Shown here in pieces: positions 36,601 to 48,396 of a stretch of 64,000 nt of DNA. The notes below the pieces were generated by a model. The model saw nothing but the letters and a program-made list of their open reading frames with translations. It was not told the DNA's origin and did no database searches. Position numbers and translations under genes: made by a program. Each line of letters starts with the position of its first letter. Position 1 is the first letter of the stretch. Source of the DNA: Balanoglossus misakiensis (Eukaryota > Animalia > Hemichordata); contig CM082577.2 in NCBI GenBank assembly GCA_040954595.2, positions 248,001-312,000 of the forward strand. Reading direction: 5' to 3'.

Positions 36601-39600
36601 CGGTGTCAAAGTTGAGGGGTGTAGTACCCGATGATGTACGTTCCCACTTCAATTTACATTTAGTTGTTCATTATCTTGTTCATAAATATATCATCCCCCC
36701 CCCCCCGCCCTCCACGCGATGGTTTAGAGCGAAGTGCGCCAGGAATTCAAACCTTTGTGACGGCTATAGAGTTTTGGGACGTTATGCACTCCGAATCAAA
36801 TTCATAGTAACTTTATTTTATGTAATGACGCATATAGGAGACAACTGTCAAGTTAGCCGTTTCGGGATATGAGACATGCGCCTGTGGTTTAGAAATATGC
36901 GTGGACCACTTTGTCGATGTGCGTGTTCTAGAGGGAATTTTAGTGCATTTATTGACATTACAACATCGCTCAGCAAACCAAGGTGCATAAGTTGTTAGTT
37001 AGAATCGCAGTCTTTATATAAATGCAAACCGTTAATTGGACCAACCTAACAATCCACTTATCACATTGAGATTTTTCAAAAGCCTGGGATACTACTAGTA
37101 TTATGGTATACGTCTTATACCGCAGTAAAGACGACTACTGTACTGACGTCATCACACTACACATCCCACTACACTCCCGCCTTCGCACGTCACTTTATTG
37201 CCTAATTATGTATGATGTCTTCAGTTTCACCAGAATAAACATAGTATATGCCATATCCCCAATTTTCTACGTCATGTATTGTTTATTGCCGTGAATAATG
37301 TCAGCAAAGCACCAAAGTGTTACATTTGTGGCATTGATAAACTTGACTAGTTTCATTTCTTTTTTTCTCATACAGTTAATTTCGAAATAAGGTCATACAT
37401 ACAGGTGCATAGGCCAAAATATGGCACGGGTCACTGTAACATATCTTTAAAATATGGATGTGTTTATTACTATCATAATAACTAATAACGTGACAAACAC
37501 TTATAAATAAACTATTACTTAAAATCGTTTGGCTAATTTGAAAACGAAAGAACTTAATCCGTTTGATTTTATTAACAGCAAGGCCATCTTTAATAAGCTG
37601 TTTATGCTCAGTATTTTTTGTTCTTGTTGACAGTCGACACCCCACTTCGCGCGGCATTGCTACGCAATCGATGCGTGGTGGTAAACAACATGAGAGCCCG
37701 AACGATTCTAGCCGAACTGGTCAACGACAGAGTTCTCAAAGAAGCCACCGCCGAAGAGATACGGAAACTCGGCAAGGGGACCAACAAAGAAATGAACGAG
37801 GCCATCATCGGCGAAATGTACAGCAGGGATGACCTTGACATTGTGCAACTTTGTAGGATTATTCGTCGAAATGGACAAGGATTTTTGGCCGATTTAGTTC
37901 AAGAGAATGTCACCTCAGGTACGCAACTGACTGATTCGTTGATTGATTGATTGGGTTGATGGTTGGTTATATGAGTGGATGGATGGATGGCGTCCCAACG
38001 GCGTGAAGTTCACCTTTTTATAAAACGTGACTTTTTCCCGTACTTCCCCCCCCCCGACAGAATTAATCAGCATTTGGGATCATGCTTCGAGGAAACTGGG
38101 AAACCATTGGAAGAGGCTGGCTGAAGAACTAAACACTCAAGATTGCATACCTAAGATTTTATCTCATTATCCGGATGACGTCCGTGCACAGGCCTTGTTT
38201 TGGCTGATAGAGTGGGAGAAGAAGGACGCCACCAACGCCAATGTGAAGACATTGGTCGAAACACTGCAGAGGTGTGGGATGAAGAAAGCGGCAGGTGAGA
38301 CAATTAATTCACAGTCTGAATTTGTCAAGGTAAATCAAATTTGAAATGTACTAGCTAAACCAGTATGTTCCTCACAAGTCACAACTACGCTGTCCTGCTG
38401 TCTGTGTAATTTTTCTGTTTTCTAAAATATTCAAAAAAACATTTGCCCTTAACGCCATCAAATATGCGCATGGGTGTCTCCATTTCTTCGACTGTGATAA
38501 TTTTAGCACATTAAGGAACAGTCAAGCGTGGTGCTACCCACCACAAAGTTTTCCAACCCAATACAGACAATACCGTTTATACGAGTGACCCAGCCCTTCA
38601 ACAGAGTTAACACCCAATGGTTATGAGTTGTCACAAATTTTAAAAGTAAAACATTATTTTTACTATAGTATGAGGACATTGTGCATTCGTTTCTTCTTTT
38701 GGTAAATTTAAAAGATATTTCGTAACAAGGAAGTAGCCATAATCTCAAACGAAGAAGACTAAACAGAGCAGAGACACATAAAATGGACAGCTCAACAGAG
38801 GCGTTTTTGCCCACCTGGTTTATATTTTGACCTCTTGACCAGACCAGTACACTAGACAGAGAATGTTGCCATGGAGATGGGTACATTCCTAGACATTGAC
38901 TATGTGCACGTCTCCCAGAAACAGATCTCCCACACTGCACCGTGTTGTGACCAACATAAATGTCTCGCTATCTTTGCATTATCGTGAATGCCAATTTCAA
39001 TGCTGAGTGGTCGTGAATTATGGTTTTGACATATGAATGTGACCGCCGGTGGACGCCGCGACCCGGTTCAACACTGAAGTTTGACAACCACCGCCACGGT
39101 TTCCCAGTTTGAGAGAGTCGAATTATTCTTGTTTGACGGAATTAGCGGTGGTGGTGTGGCCTGTCCGACTTCGCGTTTAAAGTGTTCCTTTTAGCAATTG
39201 TAAAACGATACGAGGTGGTTTTGTAAAACTTTACTTGTCGATTTACATTTGTGTGACACACAATATGTTTCCCGACTTCTAAACTTTCCAATCGAGAAGA
39301 GGACAGAACATTAAGGGACATTTGTGTACCGTTTTGCTTTATTATACCGTTTAATTCTTTGCTTTGCTTTCATAAATCCGTTGTCTCGCCGCAGTTATAT
39401 TCATGTATAGGTGGGCCTGTCCGTGGTTCACAAAGAATGCACGGTGGAACAAGCAAGGTAGAGTTATCAAGCAATCGCTTTGAGTGGGAAAAAAATCTAG
39501 GACGAGTCAATAAAATTATACCTGCCTAGTGATCAAACACAAACGAAGGCAGGGACAAGGATTAGGTTTAGCTGTCGTGTGACGTTGGTGCAATTGTCGC

Positions 39601-42600
39601 GATTGAAGAGTAGGTTTGTCACGGTGGCTCAAATATTGAGATCCGCGCGACAGACAAATAAACCCACAATAAATGCGCAGAAATTGCAACCAATCAGATG
39701 CCGTTAAACTACAAGGGTGCAGTCGTGTTCATCCAGCTGGACTCCGTTCACTGGGACACTTGTTTGTGAGGAGGCAAACATCACAATCATATTAACCCAG
39801 CGTCGTGTGATTTGGATGACCGAAGGGTGGTCGCCGTTGCCGCCGCCACCGAACGTAATCCTCCCGACGTGACACTGCGTTATCGAAGCTCAAATGCGGC
39901 CTCCTGCATTAAGCATGCAAGCGCCGGGTTGCTTCAGTCGACAGCGTGGACATTAAAAAACATCCATTTATTTGACAAGTTTAATTTCCTTTCCATTTTA
40001 CAGCTTTTTTGAAGAAAATAAATCGCACGCGGTCCAGAACGAAACGGAAAAAGAAAACAAAATCAACAGGTGAGTGGTTAAATGACGTCAGTCGTAAATA
40101 CGTTACTTCTCTTTAAATCCGGGAGACCTTCCCGTTTTACTGCCAGCATTCGGTTTAAACCCCATTCTTTTACAAAACAGTGGGTTAGTTATTTACCGCC
40201 GGGACGGGGTAAACACCCGGTAAGGAAATACAGTGCTCCAAGTCGTTAAAGCGAGGGTTTCAAATTTCACAAACACCGTGAAAAGGCATGTCGTGTTCCC
40301 AAAACAACGAGTATGGCCAGCCAAACCACGTGTGAAAGTATAAATGCGCATGTTGCCAAGAGACGGGCGTCACCCAGAGAGACAGTCCTAATATCGTGTT
40401 CGGTGACTATCCTATCCAATCCCCAAAATGTTTGGTCCTTGAGGTGAAAAACTACTAAATGAGGCGTAGAATTGTAATAGGCTGTGAATTTCCCACGATT
40501 TTTTTTTTGTTTCGTATAGGTTTGCTCGGGGATAAAGGTTCGCAATCGAGCATGCGTGGTAGTAACCCAGTGATACTCTTTGGTTTCACAGGCACAGGAC
40601 GGAAAAGCAGTCCGTCGAGGACTCCGTCAATCAGACGCACCCGGGTCCCGTTGTCAGGGACAACAGTGGGTGGCAACCTTCCGAACGGTATAGACCGGCC
40701 GTCAAAACCCAAGAAACGGACTAAAGGCGGTAAACGACATAAGAAGAAAGAAGAGAAGACCGAAGAAATTACAGTTTCCGAAGGTTTGTCGTCAGCTTTA
40801 TAATAATTTATATTTTCTCGCACTGTTGATCTGTTGGTAAATTGTGTTCTGCAACCATTACTTCAGCGAAAAGTCAAAACCAATACCTTTGATGTATGAT
40901 GACACAATGAGAACAGTTTAGTATAAAAGCGAATGCTATTTTCGTCACAAGAGCGCAAGAGCACATCTGCGCATGTTCCGTAGTCAGTTCGGCCGTGAAA
41001 GTTGCGTAGTCAAGTTGCTTATTTGTCAAGTTCGATAAATATTGACCTGGCGAATTGACACGGAATGCAACGGTATTTGCGAATTAACTGTTGAATTTGT
41101 GGATTTTTCGGTCCAGTTACGGTAAGTCAGTCGGCGACAAGGGATCAAACTTGACAATCCTTAAATACGCAGAGATTATATTCAAGGCTGCATAGTGTCA
41201 AAACATTCAACAATATATAGGAAGAGAAAAATCTTGGAAAATGTAACATTTAATACTTGCTAGTTATCATATACGTGTCGATGAACCGTACTCAAGGTGT
41301 TTTATTACCGATTTCATTATCTGTACAGTAAGACACGAAATGGGGACATGAACTTGTCATTCCGACGCGATTTCAAGACAAGACCCAGACTCAAATTTTA
41401 CACAAACCGTTCCTGTTCTTCACGATGTTACCTTTCCGAAGACAAATTAAAACACCCCACCTTTGTGTGGATAATTACTCTTTAAATGTTTACACCAATT
41501 TCATTGTGATCTTACCGGTTTAACCTTCCATAGTGGACAGCTATACAGGTATTTTCCACGCAATCTACCGCGTACAATAGATGAATAAGCATGCCTCTAA
41601 ACGTGTACTAAACACCGTTCATTGACAACGCATTGACATCTTGTGCTGCGGTGTGAACTGTTTACCTTGGAGGCAGATGTATTCATCGTAAAAAACACCC
41701 ACATTGATACTGCTTTATCGTTGCCAACCGTTTTAAATGCCCATGTTTTGTGTGTGTTTGCCTACAGATGATGGCGACACACAGAAACGGGTGCGATTTG
41801 AAGACGACCTGGTCAAGCGATCATTAGGTAAGAATTTGCTACACGTCTTTCATATAAAGCATATCATGCATTTTTTACGTTTCTTGTGAACCCTGCTGTG
41901 TCAATGTACTTACAAAGACATCTTGAATATCTATCTTTAAACATCCAAAATATATCCAATGACCCGTGTTTTTGTTCTGATATTTCGATTGTTATAAAAC
42001 GAACTGTTTTTTTTTCTGTCGCTGCACTATTTAGAGAGTAGTTTTACCAAAACTTTACTCCCTCACAATTCTAAGTCTCTTTAAACTGGTAACTTATGGG
42101 TGTCACAGTGTGTGAATTTTAGCGATGCCTGCGACTCGACCGGTCCAAGGTTCGCTTCATGCGTTGGAAGACCAGCTACAGTCATAGAGAATGTCGGCAT
42201 TCCATGTGGTACGGGGAAACACACAACTATAGTATTGTGTAACCAGTCTGTCGACATTTAGACTTTAAGGCGAAAATAAATAGAGAGAATGTCTTGTAAT
42301 AATGGTTGTTTTGTACTCGTTAGCTTGTCTGTAGATACCTGTTCAATATATCACCATACGAGACGGCCATGTCAAATCTGTAACATATTTGAACGGAGAC
42401 TAAACGTTTCAATTGTGAAATGTTGGACGTTGTGTGTTTGTTTAACGATATCGAGAAATTATTATATGTCGCAATCAAATTACAGTTTGGTTATATCCGG
42501 GCATTGGTTGTCAAATTTCCTTCGAATTATTTGAGTTTCTACCTAGGATACGATGGAAATAATCGACAAGTGTTTAATATATATCGCAACCATTAACGAA

Positions 42601-44891
42601 TGTTCAAGTGCATGGTTAATACAATATTTGCTCATATTTTTTTTTCAACAGTACAAACAGGAGTGTAAAGATTGTAGTGGCATTGCGATTCAAACATGTA
42701 TTCTCGATCAATTTTCAGAATCTGAATAAATCTCTGCGGAAATCTAAGTGGATTTCATAATTGTTCTTTAATGGTGTCGTTGAATCTGTCAACAAAATCA
42801 ATACGGTTAGGTTATATTGCCGTTGTCATGGAGACGCTATCCCATGACGTATTTTGCGGTCATCTTGGCGGACGCAAATATTAATGCGTTTGATGGAAGC
42901 CGGACAGACCGTTCGTTTGGATTCAGCGTTTTCCATTGCTAAGGCTTCAGCCAATATCGATCGATCCCCGTCTCCATCAACAATTTAGTTTCATCTTTAT
43001 ATTTCTCACACGTGACAGGTGAGATGCGAATACACGTGGCCATCGAGGCGGTGGAATTGTCGCCGATACCACGCATAGCAGAGGGGGAAGTCAGTGCCGT
43101 GTTTCTGCAGAAGCTGCTCGAAGACAAACAGCTTTCGGCGCCGACCAGATATGCCATTGAAGGTACTGTCAAATGTTATTAGTCCGAAATCAATATTACA
43201 CAGATCCTCGCTGGCTAATACTGCTGTTCATTGAAAATTAATCTATTTCCGTCCATCGGACCAATTACTCATTTTCTCTTCATATTTTACGTTTTTCGCA
43301 ATTTTTGAATCGCAATGGTTGCATATTTTCGCATTTTTAGTTTTTGCATTATTTAGCCCTCAGACTCAAGTTATTTGACGTCATCGTGCTTGTACTAAAA
43401 TGAATTTAAAAACATATAGAACACAACAACAACAATATTCATCGTTTTCCATCTCTGCAGGGATCCACCCTTACTTGTCGGTGGATGACGTCATCAAAAT
43501 CAGGGACGACAGCGTGACCTTCATCGTCAGCTGCCGGACCCTGAATGCCGTCGATGCATTGTGGGATAGATACGGCGCCGGGGAGCGTCTGCTGAAGCTG
43601 ATGCAGAAGACGCTGGTGACTGAGTCCTTGCTGAAGCAGATCGACGCCAGGGGTATCACCATCAGGATATCCATGAACGAGGAAGAATTCCACGTCTGCC
43701 GGGAGGAGCTGTTGGCTGCGGCCGCCGCCGGTCTCAACATACCCATGTCCTATTCAGGTGCGTCTATAGTTTGATAAGTCATTCTGATTTACCTACAGAC
43801 TGGAAGAGAAGGCTGAACGTACCGAGATTGCTCGTTTAGAGGGTATACTTTATAGCCTGGCTTTATCTCGTGTGCACAATGTGGATGTTTCTGATGATTG
43901 TTTGCATGGAAGGCAAATTTAGTAACATCCGAGCTTTGAGTTTCTACTGTGAATACCCGTCAATTTCCGCATGTCAAATTCGAAATAAATTTAGTTTTGT
44001 TAATTACAGTGTGATCGCCAATGTCACGTTTGTATACAAGGAGTTCGGCCATGGAGACGACCTCTTGCCGCTATTTTACATTCACATATCATCGTCAGTC
44101 GGACAACCTGAAAGCACGTAAAGCAGAACGCGCTAATAATGGTTTAGTGTACGTCACCTTCACACTTGTCAGTGAATAGACAAGAATTCTTGAAGTGTGT
44201 CGGTGACATCAATTTGATATCAAAGGACGGAATATATTTGACGTCTTTGAAGCGTGCATCGTTTAAAATCTAAGACAGTGGTCACAATTTGTTGTCTGCC
44301 TGAATTTCAGGTCCCAAGAAAGAAGTGATGGAGAGACTAAGGAAACAGAGCGATAAACACAAAGCCCAATATCGCGAAGCGATCGAGGAATATAACAAAC
44401 TCGAACTGAACATGACCAATTTTGTGTCGGCGCTGAAGAGGATCAAACCGCCGTCGGTGCAGAAGGTGTCTTCGGTTTTCATGGTGGAGAAATACTACGA
44501 GATCTGCACCTCGAAGACGAGCAACATGAAGCGCGCCATAGGCATGTATCTGAACCTCATGGAAGTGCTGAGGAAGCTCCATGGCAACGCCAAAGAAAAC
44601 GTGCTGGACACCATGCTGAAGATTCGGCCGGAGGTGGAGACGGACACACAGAGAAAGTGTCGTGAAAAGGTCAAGGGTCAGCTGGGCGAATGGGAAAGGT
44701 TGCTTGATCCGCAGTGCGACATTTCGCAAATAGACATCCACCATAGTGCCAAGGAGTGCACGCCAACGCCGGATCTTCTACCGCTGAGGCCAGTGCTGAG
44801 TCTTCTACCCACCGTCTTCGAAATCGCCGGGAAATTTGAGCATCGGGTTGATTTGTACATTAAAGAAGACGACAATGGCACCAAACTGTAA
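33632..44891 (+). CDS. Uncharacterised death-fold protein: CARD + death domain + basic linker + DEDD-C/TRADD-N-like domain + helical C-terminal domain (about 749 aa)
   Basis: Exons 33632-33725 (candidate first), 36137-36361, 37634-37918, 38061-38294, 40004-40069, 40520-40783, 41768-41827, 43019-43162, 43461-43757, 44311-44891. All GT-AG, all introns phase 1, total 2250 nt with no internal stop. The first two exons are less certain than the 37634-44891 part. Confidence 0.72.
37634..37918 (+). CDS. CARD-domain exon of the death-fold gene
   Basis: RAALLRNRCVVVNNMRARTILAELVNDRVL...EEI...NEAIIGEMYSRD...LCRIIRRNGQGFLADLV follows the six-helix CARD pattern (LxxNRxxL ... Q.xLADL). Confidence 0.75.
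38061..38294 (+). CDS. Death-domain exon of the death-fold gene
   Basis: ASRKLGNHWKRLAEEL...IPKILSHYPDDVRAQALFWLIEWEKKD...ANVKTLVETLQRCGMKKAA is a typical death-domain signature. Confidence 0.88.
43461..43757 (+). CDS. DEDD C-terminal / TRADD-N-like domain exon
   Basis: SVTFIVSCRTLNAVDALWDRYGAGERLLKLMQKTLVTESLLKQIDARGITIRISMNEEEFHVCREELL resembles the DEDD C-terminus as I recall it (LDAFWRDY..GSL...ITDSL...IKLLVNVDEEDY..GRQKLL). Confidence 0.78.
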
Positions 44892-47392
44892 ACATGCAGA
44901 ATTCGGAGTACTGGACGCTGAAATTGGCGTACAAAGTGCACTTCTTTAATTTGTACTCACTTCGATGCAGACGGCGACACAACTTGGACTGGTGTTTCCC
45001 GCGAATTTACAAGCATCGGCGTATTTCGTCGTCGGATTACCTTGGGGAAAATGATGCGATGACGTCTCCACAAAATATCGGGTGTTTTAGAGATGAAATC
45101 ACATTCAAGTTGGTATAGAAACGGCTAGTTTAACCTTGGTGAATGAAACAAGTTTATTTCAAGGCGATGCGATGACGAGACGTTTAAGAAATGCAAAGGA
45201 CTCTTTTGAGAAGGTATTTCCAACAATACATCATGTTTCAATCCGGGTGGATAACCTGGACGTGTTGCTCTTTTAAAACTTCAAGATTATCTGTCACGAT
45301 TAATCTTCTAACTCCAGAGCACAGCTTCGAAAGCACATCACATTCATAATCAAACTCTATAAATTACTAAAATAATAATACTATCCTTGAATCGTCATCT
45401 TGCGTTTTCTTAATATTAAACGTACTCTTGATTATTGGTGCTTTGTCATATTTTAACTATATTTAAGGCGATGTTTCATGGAAGTTCTGAAATTTGAAAG
45501 TTTTGTGCGAACACTTGCCATTATATGTATATCCCATAACTTAATTGTCATAATAAACGTGACGTGTCTGCAGATATGCAAAATAAATAAAACTGTAGCA
45601 ATGAGGTGTAAAGTTCATAGGCATGTACTTATCACGGGAAGATGCATCTATATATTGGTTTATTTTGCAATAAAAGTATACTTTATAATTATTAAATATA
45701 TTCTGCCCGTTATATTGTCCTAGACTTGAATCAAGCAAAGAGTGTGAGCAACAATTACATAAATAAGCCATATTTTTGTCCTTGGAGATCTTCTAATTCT
45801 CGCTTCCTTTTAGGTTTTGCTATTCTAAAGTTGGCTGGGGAAGAAAGAAGCTTCACATCATCGGGCGGGGGATATAATTTTCTAGTCCTACATTTTTCTT
45901 TGTTTTTCCCCATCAGTTTATTTTGCATCTAAAGTTTTCGCGTTTGCCCTTTCATTAAATTCATATTTGCCAGATTGATGCGAGAGCGGTACCAATGCCC
46001 ATAATGCATGAACCGTTGGGGACTTGTCAGTCATAATAAGAAGGCTCAGTAACATGAATATACACGAAAATGCATGTCTTGGTTTATCTTCTGGGGGAGT
46101 TACAGGTAAGGTCATTTACGTTAAAATTGTCACCTTTTTATATCCCGAAAACAGCTTTAAACGGTACTTCCAATTAATTATAACACTCTGTGAATATTAG
46201 CTCTCATTATACACAGCTGACACTAAAACCTTCTGAATCTATGGTTCTCCCGTACTGTTGTGCGCCCTCATACCATAGACATTCAACGAACTTTTGTTTT
46301 TCATGGCTGAGTTGCTGGTAGTAATTAAGGTAAAAGTTGTACAGAACTAAACAGACTGACACTGATATCCCGCGCGCATTTGATTTTACCGACCGCACCC
46401 AGTATCGTCATATAAATATGTTTCTTTATGAACGTCTAACTACATCTTAGATTGATAATGTTTTCCGTGATATTTTAGAGCATACGATATGAGCCTGGTT
46501 GCCAGGTTTTATTACCTGTTACTCACTGATTGGCCGATATTGTTTCCATCTGACGAGACAATTCAAGTCAACAATTGGCACTGCATTACAAGGCAACAAC
46601 TTAGTGTACTTCGGCCGAATAAAGAATGATGCAAATGTAATCATGGACATAAGAAGTTGTCGATGATGTAATCCAACAGGTGTAAATCACCCTGTCTTTG
46701 TTTTCTATTCGGGGGACAAGGTCGCGCGGGGGACTAAAATATATCCCAAATTTACAGTCCCCAGTATCATGACTTTATAGTACATGTAATCTGCAAAGTT
46801 CTCTCACACGCAAAAAAAGGAAATGAATGATATTATGTAAAACATAAACTGACAAACTGACGCTGTGTAGTGCATTTTTTCTCTCTCGATGTTTCCACTG
46901 GCTATTAACATTGATTATTATACACGTACATGACACTTATTCGACAAGGAAACCACACAATGGCTGTGCATATGCATGAGAATGGTTACAGACAAGGTCC
47001 GAGAAGTGACGCGTACTCTAGCAACCTGGATGTTTTGGGAATTTTAGGGTCTTTCAAGCAGAATACCGTAACCGTGAACCCCAGTGTCATGGCAGCGAAG
47101 TAAGTAGGAAAATGTCTCTCCCGGTTTAAAATGTTAATTTTTCAGATCTACCATAGAAATTATTGTTAGACTAAAAGCCTCCGAAACTGCGATTTTGCTG
47201 CCATTGGCGTCATTCGGTCCTGTCGACTGGTCAATCTTTTGCAATTTGTACATGTACCCGCAGCTCACGAATCAGTGCATGGAAGTTTGAAAATGGTTAT
47301 GACCAGAGACGTCTATCATTTCATTAATTGCCTTTTTCGTTTTCGGTCACAACTACAGAGATCGTGCGAAATTCGAAGACGGGAAACTGGAA

Positions 47393-48040
47393 ATGTCTGG
47401 ACGTGCACACAAGCAGTCATTCAGAACCAGAACCGGGGAGAAAGTCAAAATCGACCCTACCTCTGGCACACACGGCTCACCGTTCAGGACCTTTGCCATG
47501 GTCGCAATGAGACCCATCGTTATGACAAATACTTTAGTACAGTCAGCGATAATCAACCAGCAAAGGCAACGAATCAACGAAAAACAATCTCGACGAGAAA
47601 AAATTGCACACCGAAGAAAAATAAACATTATGGACTCGGAAATCGGGAAGGTTTTGAAAAGGCAAGGTGAACTGTCTACAGAGATTACCGAGATCAACAA
47701 TTCGTACCGAAGAAAACATCCAGAGAACGCGGTGCCACGCACACTCACGCGCGGCGCCACTTTTCGATTGCCGCCGATCTCTGCAAACGTGAACAAAGCT
47801 GGCGATAGATACCGTGAAAATTGTCGTCTGCTGTTTCCATCGATGCCAGAGAACCCAAGTTTTGTATCCCCATCGCCGTCATACAGCACGAGTCTGCGCA
47901 GCAGAACAAGTGTTATGTCGGACGAACGGTTCAAAAAATTGACAGAGACTTTGGTTGGCGGAAGTTACAAGCACGACACCGATCATGGACAATCGGAATG
48001 GATACATTCTGATGAGTTTATCGGGGACACAGCGTATTAA
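47393..48040 (+). CDS. Uncharacterised 215-aa basic coiled-coil protein (single coding exon)
   Basis: ATG in good context (AAATGT), splice acceptor ending at 47358 just upstream, AATAAA near 48123. Coiled-coil-like middle (NQQRQRINEKQ...EINNSY); LPPI and DERFKKLTETL motifs. Confidence 0.7.
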   Translation: MSGRAHKQSFRTRTGEKVKIDPTSGTHGSPFRTFAMVAMRPIVMTNTLVQSAIINQQRQRINEKQSRREKIAHRRKINIMDSEIGKVLKRQGELSTEITEINNSYRRKHPENAVPRTLTRGATFRLPPISANVNKAGDRYRENCRLLFPSMPENPSFVSPSPSYSTSLRSRTSVMSDERFKKLTETLVGGSYKHDTDHGQSEWIHSDEFIGDTAY

Positions 48041-48396
48041 GAAGTTGACTCAATACCACAAAAATAAGAGTTGGTAACTCTATCATACCTAACGTAAACA
48101 GTAAGAATTTGTTATATGGTTAAATAAAATGTACGTTTTATAAGGACATTTTTGTACGTTTGTCAGTTTTGTGCTTACTGGAGAGAGAGACTCGATTGTC
48201 GCACGTGACTTGCATTAGTGTTTCGTTACATCATTACACGAGATTGTGATCTGATGAAATACGTAACAGCAGACACGGCGGTTGTCAGGTTTATCGTATA
48301 TCGACGATCTCTTACTGTTACTTGGAATACAGGTTGAAAGATATTGCCTGGCTATTTTAATTTTAATATTTTTACCAGTCGCAAGTACTATTCAAG

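Noticed and set aside
38503-38940. 145-aa minus-strand ORF
   Set aside because: Non-ATG start, random-looking composition, intronic.
42105-42220. Possible tRNA or SINE (GGTTCGC)
   Set aside because: No A box at the right spacing and no cloverleaf.
47353-47934. 193-aa minus-strand ORF
   Set aside because: Antisense shadow of the 215-aa + ORF; no true ATG start, and the + frame has splice, poly(A) and composition support.
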